DNA of 64,000 nt from Candidatus Iainarchaeum sp. (GTDB lineage: Archaea > Iainarchaeota > Iainarchaeia > Iainarchaeales > Iainarchaeaceae). The position numbers and the translations under genes were made by a program. The stretch is from the NCBI GenBank assembly GCA_016202305.1, contig JACQPB010000041.1, forward strand, positions 398 to 64,397, read 5' to 3'. Positions 43,249 through 53,600 of the stretch are shown piece after piece (the stretch's first letter is position 1; each line of letters begins with the position of its first letter). The notes below the pieces were generated by a model. The model saw only the letters and a program-made list of their open reading frames with translations, was not told where the DNA came from and ran no database searches.

Positions 43249-46200
43249 CGATGCCACAAGGAACTATTTCCGCATCCTCCAGGAGAGGATTGACAGGCAA
43301 TACGCGGCCGCGGCCGAAGCACGCTCGAAAGGAAAGGACGCGAGCTTCGAGGTGGAATGCCCCCCGACCCTTGACCTCGCTGACAGGACAGAGAACATAA
43401 TAGGTCCGAAAGGCGTAGCCAAGAGGTACAGGGAACTCTACGCCGAACACAAAGGGGACAGGAACCGCGCCATTTTCCACCTTTTCAGGGAAATAGTAGA
43501 AGGGAAAATGGGGGAAATCCCGGACCCTGAGAAGCGACTCGAACAGGCCGTGCGAACCTGCCTCGTGCTCGTTACGGAAGGAGTCGTGGTAGCGCCACTG
43601 GACGGCGTGCCAAAAGTGAAAATCAGCAAGAACCCTGACGGAAGCAGGTACGTGGACATCTACTTTGCAGGGCCGATAAGGGCGGCAGGCGGCACGGCAA
43701 CGGTGTTCCCCCTGATTCTCGGGGACTACGCGAGGCAGCTCATGGGCCTCGACCGCTACAAGGCAACCAACGACGAAGTGGAAAGATACGTGGAGGAAAT
43801 AAGCATTTACGACGAGATAATCACGCGCCAGTACAAGCTGAAGGACGACGACGTGAGGAAGATAGTGCGCGGCTGCCCGGTATGCGTGAACGGAGAACCT
43901 ACCGAGGAAAGGGAAGTGGTGAACTACAAGGACCTCGAACGCATACCGACCAACAGGGTGCGCGGAGGGATGTGCCTCGTGATATCCGAGGGCGTAGGGC
44001 TCAAGGCAATGAAGATAATGAGCCTCGCGAAAATGCTGGGCCTCGACTGGAAGTGGCTGGAAGAAGTCATAAAAATCGGGAAAAGCGCAAGCGGCAAGGA
44101 AAAGGAGATAAAACCTAACTTCACTTACCTTTCAAGGATTGCGGCAGGAAGGCCCATATTCGCATATCCATCCGCATTCGGTGGATTCAGGCTGCGCTAC
44201 GGAAGGGCCAGGAACACCTGCATAATGGGGAAGGGCATACACCCCGCGACAATGTTCCTGCTGGATGAATTCATAGCTGTCGGCACCCAGACAAAGATGG
44301 AGAGGCCTGGAAAAAGCGCGGAAATGTTCCCGGTGGACAGCATCGAGGCGCCTATAGTGAAGCTCGCGAGCGGCGAAGTCAGGAAAATCGGCTCGGTGGA
44401 AGAGGCCTTGGAGATTCGCGGCGAAGTGAAGGAAATACTTTTCCTCGGGGACATGCTGATTGCGCTGGGCGACTTCCGGAAAACCGCGCACCCCCTGATG
44501 CCGACAGGATACTGCGAAGAGTGGTGGGCGCTCGAACTGAGGAAAGCGCTCGAATCAGCGGGCAACGGCACAGGTGATGCGCAAAAACACGGAGCGCACC
44601 GCGTGAAAAAGGAAAACGGCGAGCACGACATTGATTTCCATGCAATTGCCGCAAACCCCGGCCTTGTAGACCAGAATACCGCAATAGAGGTTTCACTCCA
44701 GCTCGGCGTGCCGCTGCACCCGAAGTACCTGCACTATTACACCGCGCTTTCGCCTGAAGAAGCGACGGAACTCGTGGCCTCCGCGAGGAAAGCCCAGAAG
44801 ACCTTCGCAGGCACGGAGATGGAGGAACTGGTGTTCGGAAACAGCCCGCGCCTCAAGGAACTGCTTGAGAAGGCAGGCGTGCCGCACCGGCCCGAGAACG
44901 GCGGAATAACTGTCCTGAAAGAGTACGCTTACTCACTCTTCAAGACATTCGGCGGGATGAGCGAAGCGGAGCCGGAGAAAGGAACCCCTGCACTGGAAAT
45001 GCTTTCCAGGATTTCAGGAATGACGATAAGGGACAAGGGAGGCACATTCATAGGGTGCAGGATGGGAAGGCCGGAAGCCGCAAAGCCGAGGAAAATGACC
45101 GGCGACCCGATGGTGCTGTTCCCCATAAGCACCGCTGGAGGAAACATCAGGTCAATAAACAAGGCCGCCGAGAGCGCAGGAATGATAGAGGCTGAAGTGG
45201 CATACTTCCTCAACACGGAAACCAAAGGGATAGAGGAACAGCAGACCTCCGCCAGCGGCACGAGGAATGAAATAGCCAGGAAATGCACGAGATGCGGCCA
45301 TTTCTCGAAGGCCGAAAAATGCACGAACTGCGGAGCTGACACCGAATCGTTCAGCAAGAGGAAAATTGATGTCAGGGCAGTATTCGCGAGCGCCGCGGAG
45401 AGGCTCGGCGTGACGGCACCGCCGCTCGTCAAGGGCGTAAAGGGCCTCATAAACGCGGAAAAAATACCGGAACCACTGGAGAAAGGCATCCTCAGGGCAA
45501 GGCAGGGAGTGCACATCTTCAGGGATGCGACAATACGGTACGAGCTCCTGAACGCGCCACTCACGCACTTCAAGCCCTCCGAGATAGGGCTCAGCGCCGA
45601 GAAGGCGAGGGAACTCGGATACAAAAAAGACTATGCAGGACGGGAGCTGCTGAGCGCGGAACAGATGTGCGAGATTTTCCCCCAGGACATGATAGTGAAC
45701 GAGGATGCGGGGGATTTCTTCCTCCGCGTGGCGAAGTTCGTGGACGAGGAACTCGAAAAATTCTACGGCATGCCCAGACACTACAATTATGATTCCAAGG
45801 AAGACTTCGTGGGAGAGCTCTTCCTTGCCCTGGCGCCGCACACGTCGGCCGCGGTGGCCGCGAGGATAATAGGCTACACGAAGGCCAAGGTAAATTTCGC
45901 GCACCCGTACTTCCACCTCGCGAAAAGAAGGAACTGCGATGGCGACCAGGATTCCATAATGCTCCTCATGGACGCGCTGCTCAACTTCTCGAAGAGTTAC
46001 CTTCCATCGACGCGCGGCGGCAGGATGGACGCGCCGCTCGTGTTCACAACCGCGATAAACCCCTCGGAAATAGACGATGAAGTGTATGAAGTCGAAACAT
46101 GCAGCGAGTACCCGCTTGAGCTTTACGAGCAGAGCCTCGTGCTCGGAGACCCTGAAATAGAGGCTATCCCCACAGTGAAACGCAAGATAGGCAAGGAAGG

Positions 46201-46684
46201 GCAATACACCGGGTTCGGGTTCACGCACGACACCACTAGGTTCGATGCCGGCCCGAAAATGTCGCGCTATGTCGCCTTCAAGTCGATGGAGGAGAAAATA
46301 AGGGCACAGGCAGAGGTGCAGGGCAAGATAAGGGCGGTGGAGAAGAAGGACGCGCTCGAAAGGGTGCTTATGAGCCATTTCCTGCCGGACATAATAGGGA
46401 ACGCGAGGTCCTTTTCAAGGCAGGTGGTCAGGTGCAGCAAGTGCAACGAGAAATTCAGGCGCATACCCCTGAATGGCAGGTGCACGAAATGCAGGGAAGA
46501 GACGCTCATACTCACGATTGCGCAAGGCTCGGTAAGGAAATACCTGGCGATTGCGAAGGAACTCATAAGGGAACACCAGCTGAGCGCATACCTGAAGCAG
46601 AGGATTGACCTCATAGAAAGGGAAATAGACTCCGTGTTCACCTCGGACAAGGCCAGCCAGAAAAGCCTCAGCGACTACGCCTGA
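43229..46684 (+). CDS. dp2: DNA polymerase D large subunit (DP2)
   Basis: ~1150 aa immediately downstream of and overlapping DP1. It has conserved Cys clusters (CTRCGHFSKAEKCTNCG; CSKCNEKFRRIPLNGRCTKC). No intein is present. Confidence 0.92.
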   Translation: MEQIAADDATRNYFRILQERIDRQYAAAAEARSKGKDASFEVECPPTLDLADRTENIIGPKGVAKRYRELYAEHKGDRNRAIFHLFREIVEGKMGEIPDPEKRLEQAVRTCLVLVTEGVVVAPLDGVPKVKISKNPDGSRYVDIYFAGPIRAAGGTATVFPLILGDYARQLMGLDRYKATNDEVERYVEEISIYDEIITRQYKLKDDDVRKIVRGCPVCVNGEPTEEREVVNYKDLERIPTNRVRGGMCLVISEGVGLKAMKIMSLAKMLGLDWKWLEEVIKIGKSASGKEKEIKPNFTYLSRIAAGRPIFAYPSAFGGFRLRYGRARNTCIMGKGIHPATMFLLDEFIAVGTQTKMERPGKSAEMFPVDSIEAPIVKLASGEVRKIGSVEEALEIRGEVKEILFLGDMLIALGDFRKTAHPLMPTGYCEEWWALELRKALESAGNGTGDAQKHGAHRVKKENGEHDIDFHAIAANPGLVDQNTAIEVSLQLGVPLHPKYLHYYTALSPEEATELVASARKAQKTFAGTEMEELVFGNSPRLKELLEKAGVPHRPENGGITVLKEYAYSLFKTFGGMSEAEPEKGTPALEMLSRISGMTIRDKGGTFIGCRMGRPEAAKPRKMTGDPMVLFPISTAGGNIRSINKAAESAGMIEAEVAYFLNTETKGIEEQQTSASGTRNEIARKCTRCGHFSKAEKCTNCGADTESFSKRKIDVRAVFASAAERLGVTAPPLVKGVKGLINAEKIPEPLEKGILRARQGVHIFRDATIRYELLNAPLTHFKPSEIGLSAEKARELGYKKDYAGRELLSAEQMCEIFPQDMIVNEDAGDFFLRVAKFVDEELEKFYGMPRHYNYDSKEDFVGELFLALAPHTSAAVAARIIGYTKAKVNFAHPYFHLAKRRNCDGDQDSIMLLMDALLNFSKSYLPSTRGGRMDAPLVFTTAINPSEIDDEVYEVETCSEYPLELYEQSLVLGDPEIEAIPTVKRKIGKEGQYTGFGFTHDTTRFDAGPKMSRYVAFKSMEEKIRAQAEVQGKIRAVEKKDALERVLMSHFLPDIIGNARSFSRQVVRCSKCNEKFRRIPLNGRCTKCREETLILTIAQGSVRKYLAIAKELIREHQLSAYLKQRIDLIEREIDSVFTSDKASQKSLSDYA

Positions 46685-46727
46685 AAACCATGTATAGGCA
46701 TCAGGCCGAAAGCCCGGTGAAGCAAGT

Positions 46728-47540
46728 TCACATCCCGAAGGAAACGTACAATATGACGATTATCGCGATTATAGTAAGGGCTATTACATGCAAATCCTGC
46801 TGGGAGAGGCCACCTGAAACCCCGTGGCCGTCATCAGCACCATGACCTGTTTCGCCGTTGCCGGAACCATGTGCTTCCGCGCCGCCCCTTGCGGCGGAAG
46901 ACACGGCATTGGTTGCGGATGAAACCAGCGCGACAGAATACTTCCACCAGCCAGCAGGAGCGGAGAGCTCATCAAGAAGCTCGCGCGTCAACTCCGCGTA
47001 GCCCTTCCTGCGGCGCGGCACGCTATGCTTGTTCAGCATATCCCCCGTGGCCGCATTTATCCGGAAAGAGAATTTCTCCCCGGCGACATCCGCCTCGACA
47101 AGCCATATCGGAACGAAAGCGATTTCCAGGCCTGAAACAATCACGTTCTCTTTAGCCGAATCCTCTTCGGAAGCTACACGGACAGCGATTATTTCACGCG
47201 CGTCCGCCTCGGAAATCCTTGGAGGGATAACACGCGCATCTGGATTGTCTGGAACTTCCTTTTCTTTCCTGAGCCCGCTGTCCTGGACAAGCCCGGAAAT
47301 CCCCGCGTCAGGCTCGTTAGAGAATGCATTAAGGGAGCCGAACCCTGAAGAGATGTGCTTGGTCTTCCCGGCATCGTGCGAATAGGCATCGTACGAGTAT
47401 AGCCAATAAGGAACGTAAAAAAGTGTTGACCTGGAAAAATCGTGGTCGGCCCAATGCATTTTCCGGATGAGCTGGGACACTTTCTTCTTTGCGCCCTCTT
47501 CATCAATCACGGCGGGAAAAGCAGGTTTTTCGAGGAGCAT
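46728..47540 (-). CDS. tail-anchored membrane protein with two PepSY-like repeats (hypothetical)
   Basis: It has no signal peptide. Two repeats are present (..FYVPYWLYSYDAYS..SLNAFSNE and ..AFVPIWLVEADVAG..RINAATGD), then a His/Gly/Asp linker and a single C-terminal TM (VIALTIIAIIVILYVSFGM-stop). It starts 39 nt downstream of sepF. Confidence 0.55.
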   Translation of the reverse strand: MLLEKPAFPAVIDEEGAKKKVSQLIRKMHWADHDFSRSTLFYVPYWLYSYDAYSHDAGKTKHISSGFGSLNAFSNEPDAGISGLVQDSGLRKEKEVPDNPDARVIPPRISEADAREIIAVRVASEEDSAKENVIVSGLEIAFVPIWLVEADVAGEKFSFRINAATGDMLNKHSVPRRRKGYAELTRELLDELSAPAGWWKYSVALVSSATNAVSSAARGGAEAHGSGNGETGHGADDGHGVSGGLSQQDLHVIALTIIAIIVILYVSFGM

Positions 47541-47579
47541 TCAACCCACTGAGAAACTGTGAAAAAGGAAAAGCAGCTT

Positions 47580-47939
47580 TCACTGCTCGTCCTTCCTCTT
47601 GATTATCTTTACCTTGCTCGGCGTCACTATCAGGCGCTCCTGTGAGATGCCCGCTATGTCGCCATCAATGTCCTCTATGCTCGATTTTATCGAACTGACG
47701 AGCTCCTTGAGCTTCATCGGGTTCCTCTTGCGGAGGTCAGCTATGTTGACAAGCATTATGTTGCCCTTCTTGACCTCTTCCATGACTATATCCGTATCCT
47801 TCTCAGCTTGCAGAGTTATCGGTTTGACGAAAGCCTCGGCATCCGCGTAAGGATCCTCCTCTTCTGTATCAAGATTATTGAGGAAATCCTCAATATCGAG
47901 TTCTTCTCTCTTTCCAATAAGCTTCTCCATGAAAGCCAT
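47580..47939 (-). CDS. sepF: cell-division protein SepF
   Basis: MAFMEKLIGK.. is an amphipathic N-terminus. ..VKPITLQAEKDTDIVMEEVKKGNIMLVNIADL..DIDGDIAGISQERLIVTPSKV fits the SepF/DUF552 pattern. Confidence 0.75.
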   Translation of the reverse strand: MAFMEKLIGKREELDIEDFLNNLDTEEEDPYADAEAFVKPITLQAEKDTDIVMEEVKKGNIMLVNIADLRKRNPMKLKELVSSIKSSIEDIDGDIAGISQERLIVTPSKVKIIKRKDEQ

Positions 47940-48140
47940 TCTAAGATCACCCCTTAAAGAAAATAAGAACCGACTGTAACTAATAGCACCTGAACTATAT
48001 TTTAAGGCTTTCTGAACACGGATTGCACAACAACCCATGCCATTGGCTACATAATCGGCGCACGGGGGAGGGCAAACTACATAACAGGAAAATCTTAATA
48101 ACAACGCAAGCCTACTTTTCTCAGCGGAGACGGCGGTAAT

Positions 48141-48908
48141 ATGCCAGTGGTATACCGGAAGTACAAGAGAACACGTTATGACCCACCTTACAGAGTCGAA
48201 ATAAACAGGGATGTCTTTGTCGGCATTGGAAACGTCAATGTTAACACAGCTCTTCAGGAAAAACTGGGCGCAAAAGGAATCACGGAACTGGTCATGGCAA
48301 TGGGAAATGACAGAGCCGCCGCAATAAGCCAGCTCAAATCCGACGCCGAGCGGGTTGTGCTTCCGGTCATTACTCTTTTTTATAAGCCAACGTGGGAAGA
48401 TGTGCTAAGGTCGATTGTCCTGAAAAGACGCCTCGAAAAAAGGTTCGCCAAAGGCCAACTGGACATACTCATTGACCGTCTGACCGATATGACAGGGCAC
48501 CCGGGGTGGGTCAGCGTCATGGAAAACTACAGCACCATTAAAGGGCTAAGAGGAAAAAAACTGACGGCGGCGGGAGCACTGGAAAACATCGGCACTGCAT
48601 TGGCGCAAAAAGTAAAACCAACTGCCGATGCTCCGGCCCCACAGAGGAAACGGCCGGGAAAACCAAGGTATAGGGAGCTAACTGACATCGCGTATTCAAT
48701 CAGCCACCCGAAGAGCGGCGGCATAATCATCACGTTCATTGAAGGGGAAAGGCGGGTCCAAGTGATGCCTCGGGGTTTTTTGCACGGAAACCCCATGGTA
48801 CTGGACACCAAAGGCAGGATTGTCATGGTACAGGGGGACAAACTGGTGTTCCCTCACACACAGGAGAAACAGGATGCCCTGAAGAGCACGAAAGCGGCAA
48901 GCGCATGA
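48141..48908 (+). CDS. hypothetical protein upstream of orc1/cdc6
   Basis: A 255-aa ORF with normal composition for this genome. No family was recognised. Confidence 0.5.
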   Translation: MPVVYRKYKRTRYDPPYRVEINRDVFVGIGNVNVNTALQEKLGAKGITELVMAMGNDRAAAISQLKSDAERVVLPVITLFYKPTWEDVLRSIVLKRRLEKRFAKGQLDILIDRLTDMTGHPGWVSVMENYSTIKGLRGKKLTAAGALENIGTALAQKVKPTADAPAPQRKRPGKPRYRELTDIAYSISHPKSGGIIITFIEGERRVQVMPRGFLHGNPMVLDTKGRIVMVQGDKLVFPHTQEKQDALKSTKAASA

Positions 48909-48972
48909 GCAGAGTAAGCTTTCCGAACACTATTACCGGAAGCGGTTCACTTCCACAACTCAATCCCATTAA

Positions 48973-50235
48973 ATGGACTTTGATGCCATTCAGTTCTGGG
49001 GTAAAATCGTGCAATCAGCTTCCGCAACCGCCAACATTTTTGAGCGTGAGTTCGCACGGGAAACCATTTTTGCCGACAGGGCCATAATAACGCCCCATTA
49101 CACCCCGAAAGAGCTCCCTTTCAGGGAACCTTATATAAATAATATCTCCTCGATGCTCGCGCAGACGATAAAGGGCAAGAAGGCAGACAACATATTCATA
49201 TACGGGAAAGTCGGTACTGGCAAGACATCCGTGACAAAACACGTCATGCAGCAGCTCCTTGAATTCGCATCCTCGAAGAACGTCGCGGTAGAGGGCAACT
49301 ACGTCAACTGCAGGAACCACAACAGCAAGTACAGGATACTCATAAAGGCCGCGAAAGACTTTTACCCGGAAGAGAATTTCCTCGGCTTTTCCGCGGCGTT
49401 CGTTTACGAGAAGCTCGTGGATTACGCGCGCAAGGGAAGGCAGATAGTGCTCGTGCTGGACGAAATAGACAAGGTCAAGGACCTTGACGATTTGGTGTAT
49501 GGCCTGACGCGCGCAAATGACGAGATGCAGCAGGGAGGCATCTCGATAATCGGCATATCCAACAATGTCATGTTCAAGGACCGCCTTGACCCCAGGACAA
49601 AGAGCAGCCTGTGCGAGAAGGAACTCGTGTTCCCGCCATACAACGCACCTGAACTCACGGAGATTCTCAAGCAGCGCACGGAAAAGGCCTTTTCCCCCGG
49701 CACCGTGGACGAATCAGCGGTAAGCCTCGCGGCGGCAATTGCCGCGCAGGAGAGCGGCGACGCGAGGACTGCGGTAAAGCTCATGCTCCGCGCCGGCGAA
49801 ATTGCGGACAGGAAAGGGTCAGGGCGCGTGACCGACGCGGAAGTCAAAAAGGCAAAAAAGCAGGTGGACGAGGAAATAATATTCGACATGGTGTCGACAC
49901 TGCCGCAGCAGCAGCAGCTCGTGCTCTATTCAATAGCCGCGCTTTCACTGACCAAGAAACCCCAGCCTAAGATAACCGGCGAGAGGGAGGAAGGCGTGCT
50001 GTTCTCCGGGGAGGTGTATGACGAGTACTGCACAATATGCAGGAAATTCAAGGAAACGCCGGTGAGCGCACGCTGGTACCGCGAGTACATCTCCGAGCTC
50101 GAAATGTTCGGCCTCATATTGTCAACAGCTTCAGGAAAGGGCATAAAGGGCCAGACCACCCTCATAAAGCTCGGCTTTGAAGCACAGAGGATAAAGGCGC
50201 AGATTGAGCGCGAGCTGTCGGACAGCACGGCATGA
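48973..50235 (+). CDS. cdc6: Orc1/Cdc6 replication initiator
   Basis: PKELPFRE.., Walker A IYGKVGTGKTS, Walker B VLVLDEIDKV, and a C-terminal winged helix. Confidence 0.92.
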   Translation: MDFDAIQFWGKIVQSASATANIFEREFARETIFADRAIITPHYTPKELPFREPYINNISSMLAQTIKGKKADNIFIYGKVGTGKTSVTKHVMQQLLEFASSKNVAVEGNYVNCRNHNSKYRILIKAAKDFYPEENFLGFSAAFVYEKLVDYARKGRQIVLVLDEIDKVKDLDDLVYGLTRANDEMQQGGISIIGISNNVMFKDRLDPRTKSSLCEKELVFPPYNAPELTEILKQRTEKAFSPGTVDESAVSLAAAIAAQESGDARTAVKLMLRAGEIADRKGSGRVTDAEVKKAKKQVDEEIIFDMVSTLPQQQQLVLYSIAALSLTKKPQPKITGEREEGVLFSGEVYDEYCTICRKFKETPVSARWYREYISELEMFGLILSTASGKGIKGQTTLIKLGFEAQRIKAQIERELSDSTA

Positions 50236-50324
50236 AAAATCCCCGCGATTTCCGGCAATGCCGTCCCAAAGCCTGTGAATGTTATTTCCGAACAACCCCT
50301 TAGCCCCTTTTCACGAAAAAAAAT

Positions 50325-50552
50325 CTAAGCAGTGGCTTTTATCTTTGCCTTGAATTCCGCAACTTCCCTAATTTCTGGCAAGGTAACGTCATCATCTTCT
50401 AGGTAGAGCTCAACTGCTTCCTTCAGGTTCTTCAAAGCGCCTTCCTTATTCCTTCCCTGTGAAGCGACTCCAGTCTCGGGATTGTATGAAACGTACCATT
50501 TGCCTTCTTTTGTGAGGACAGCTGTGAACAACCGCTCTTGAGACCTTGCCAT
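50325..50552 (-). CDS. hicB: HicB-like antitoxin (orphan)
   Basis: ..FTAVLTKEGKWYVSYNPETGVASQGRNKEGALKNLKEAVELYLED matches the HicB/UPF0150 fold pattern. No HicA ORF lies on either side. Confidence 0.7.
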   Translation of the reverse strand: MARSQERLFTAVLTKEGKWYVSYNPETGVASQGRNKEGALKNLKEAVELYLEDDDVTLPEIREVAEFKAKIKATA

Positions 50553-50669
50553 GACTTTCACTAAAATTAATTGCACGAATTAGTATTTAAGCCTACGAAA
50601 TGAGTCAAAGTCAGAAACCGTTAGCAGTTACCAATGAGTGCGCAGATTCCTCTGGCATAACTCCAAGCG

Positions 50670-53600
50670 TTATTTTTTGAGCTCCATCTGCCCCTTCACT
50701 CGCACCGCCACTTTCTCGCCCAATATCCTGCCCAGGTCCCTCACATCCGCCCTTTTCACGTCCGCAATGCCCTTCACGCCAGCGTTGAATAGCCTGCGTG
50801 CCCTCACACGGCCTATGCCACGAAGCTCGCAGAGCGGGATTAGCTCTTCCCTTATGCCGGACTTGAGGCGCCTGCGCATCCTGCCGAGCGGGGAGAAATG
50901 CTGTTCGAGCCCGAGCAGCTTCGCGAGCTCCAGCGCAGAATATGCAAGCCAGTCCGCGCTCTGGAGCTTCGCGCGCAGGATGCCAGGCTGCACCTTGTAC
51001 AAATCAACAAGCTCCTGCTCGCGCACCTCCGAAACCCACTCGTTCAGCATGAGCGACGTCCAATACTTCTGGAGGAGGCCCTCATCGGAAAACATTTCCA
51101 TGTCGACATTCACGGGGAGCAGGCCCTTGCCCTCCTGCAGCTTTTCCCATAGCTCGCCTTCCTTGCTGCGCGGCACGGAAATGAGGGGATAAAACTCGGA
51201 AGAGCTAGAAATGGTGAAAAGGTAGGACATGTCAGAGGTGTTGTTGCGGCGCAACATCGTTACCATGCGATGCGCGGAAAGCGGGTCAAGATAAAGTTCA
51301 GAGACGCGTTTCCCGAGCAATGTGGCGTCAATCCTCCTGTCGCTGGACTTCACGAAACCCATCGCTTCAAGCTCCGAGACAAGGGAAGTCACGCGCGAGA
51401 ACAGGGATGAAATGCCTGAAGACTGCCGCGCATAGAACGTGCAGGAAAAGAACTTCTCTGCGGAATCCAGATCAAAAATGAATCCCGTCGCAATCGCGGA
51501 AAGCAGGTGGAACCTGAGTTGTGACTCGGAGGAAAGCCGCGAGTCGGCGCTCTCGACCTCGCCCTTTATGAAGTAGTCAATGTAGTCGTCCTTCTCCATT
51601 TCTGTCCTGGAGATAAGTATTGCCTCGCCCTCAGTGTCGTACTTGGGCCTGCCAGCACGGCCAGCTGCCTGCTTGTACTCTGAAACAGGAATGCGCTCCA
51701 TGCCTGCACCTGTATACCTGTATGGCGAGTGAATAATCACCCTGAAGGCAGGAAGGTTGACCCCTGCAGAATTGTGTACAAGAAATCCTTCTGCTGCAAA
51801 TAAATGGTCATTTGAGCCATCAGATGGCAATACAACATTGTAGACAAACGGGTATTCTTCAGAAGATTCCACGGATATTTTTCTAACAAAATCCCAGTAG
51901 ATATCTCCTTCAAAATCTTCTTCCCGCCACCCGTTCTTTGTTTTCTTTTCTAAGGCAGCACCGCACAAGGGGCAATTCTCAAGCGAAATAATTTCGCTCA
52001 ACCTTTTGCCACCTAATATTACAGTTTGATAGATGTATTGCCCTATGGCATTGAGACGCCAATATTTTGCTTTTGCCAAACGCCTTCGTTCAATTAATTC
52101 AAAATGGTGGTTTAGTCGGTTAATTTTCTTATAGCACATAAAACCTAAAATCTTTCGAATATCTGCTGACTTACACTCACCAAATTTGCCAAGGAGTTTT
52201 ATTATCTGGTATTTCTGCGCACCCCACTGGCGGTGCGAGTTAGCCCTGCCTGAAAATAGGTCGTTATACAGCCTAAAGCCACACGTTTTACAACAACTAA
52301 AGTGGATATTTTGTTTTATTGTTTTAACAAGGCTCTCCAAAGCCGCCTGTTTTCTCTTTATCCTAAAACCTATTGATTCACAAAAGGAAACGATACTTTT
52401 CTTGTTGGCTATTGTAAGCTCGTAGTAATCTTTGGTTTTGTAAATTTTCTCCCCAACACTCATAGAACTTCCTTTTCTTTTTCTCAAACGTGACACTATT
52501 CCGAAAGTCAGCAGAAGCCTTTGAATATCCTTTATGAGAATTATTGAAATATTACTAAATCCAACATCCCTCAACTTCTGCACATGACCATCAGTGTCAA
52601 AAAGACCTTGTAGGAGGGCTGCAACAGTTTCTTTTTTTGCTAATTTGAGGCTTTCTGCAATGAATTTATGTTCACCGACATCTACCCCACACGATAACAG
52701 AAGTTCTCTGAACCATTTTTCCTTTGATAGGAATAACTCTGGAACACCATATGAATTCTGGGTTTCGCGATATTTTAAGCCAAGTACTGTAGAAACGCCT
52801 TTTGCATATTCGAATGTTTCTGAATCCCGACCTACTATACAGGGACTTCCTTTAAACTTAACAGCGCCGTTGGATGTTTCCGCGCCTGAATATCCATCAC
52901 CAAGCATGCAACCGACAAAGTAGAAAAAATCCGCGCCAAGATAGTCAAATTTGTTAATTCCGTAAGAGACAGAGCTATTGTCAGCATGAATTTTGCCAAC
53001 AGTCGCTATTTTGTCGCCTTTTTTGCATTCACCGGCATGAATAAGCACCTTGACACCATTTCTTTTAACAAGAATCTGGTGATTGGAAGTCAATTTGATT
53101 GCATGGCCAGAAACACTTTCAATCTGTATAATTGAATTAGTGTTCTCGATTTTTTGAACTTCTACAGGACGAATTTCGCCCAGTTTATTACCTTTAAGCG
53201 CCAACACATTCTCTCTACCGGAGAAAGAATTCGCTTGAAATTCTTTTATTCCACCCCAAATTTTCGTTTCCGGAATTAAACAAAGTGTAGGAGTGCTGCA
53301 AATGAACTTCAAATAATTCTTCCTGAACAGCTCCTCAATCACCTCACGCTGCTTCTGGACCAGGCCGGCATTATGGAAGCAGGCCCCCTGCCTCACGAGC
53401 GTGGAGAGGGACCTGCACTGCTCGGTAGGCTGCTCAAGCGCGTTCAGCACCTTGGATGAGGCCTTCTCAAGGGCAATGCTTTCCGACGGCTTGAGCATGG
53501 GAGCAGTGAGAGCCGCAAGTTTCCTGGCCATTGACTCCGACATCTTCCGCGTGTTCACGAACACCAGCGCCTGCTTGCCCTTTTTCAGAGTGTCTGAAGC

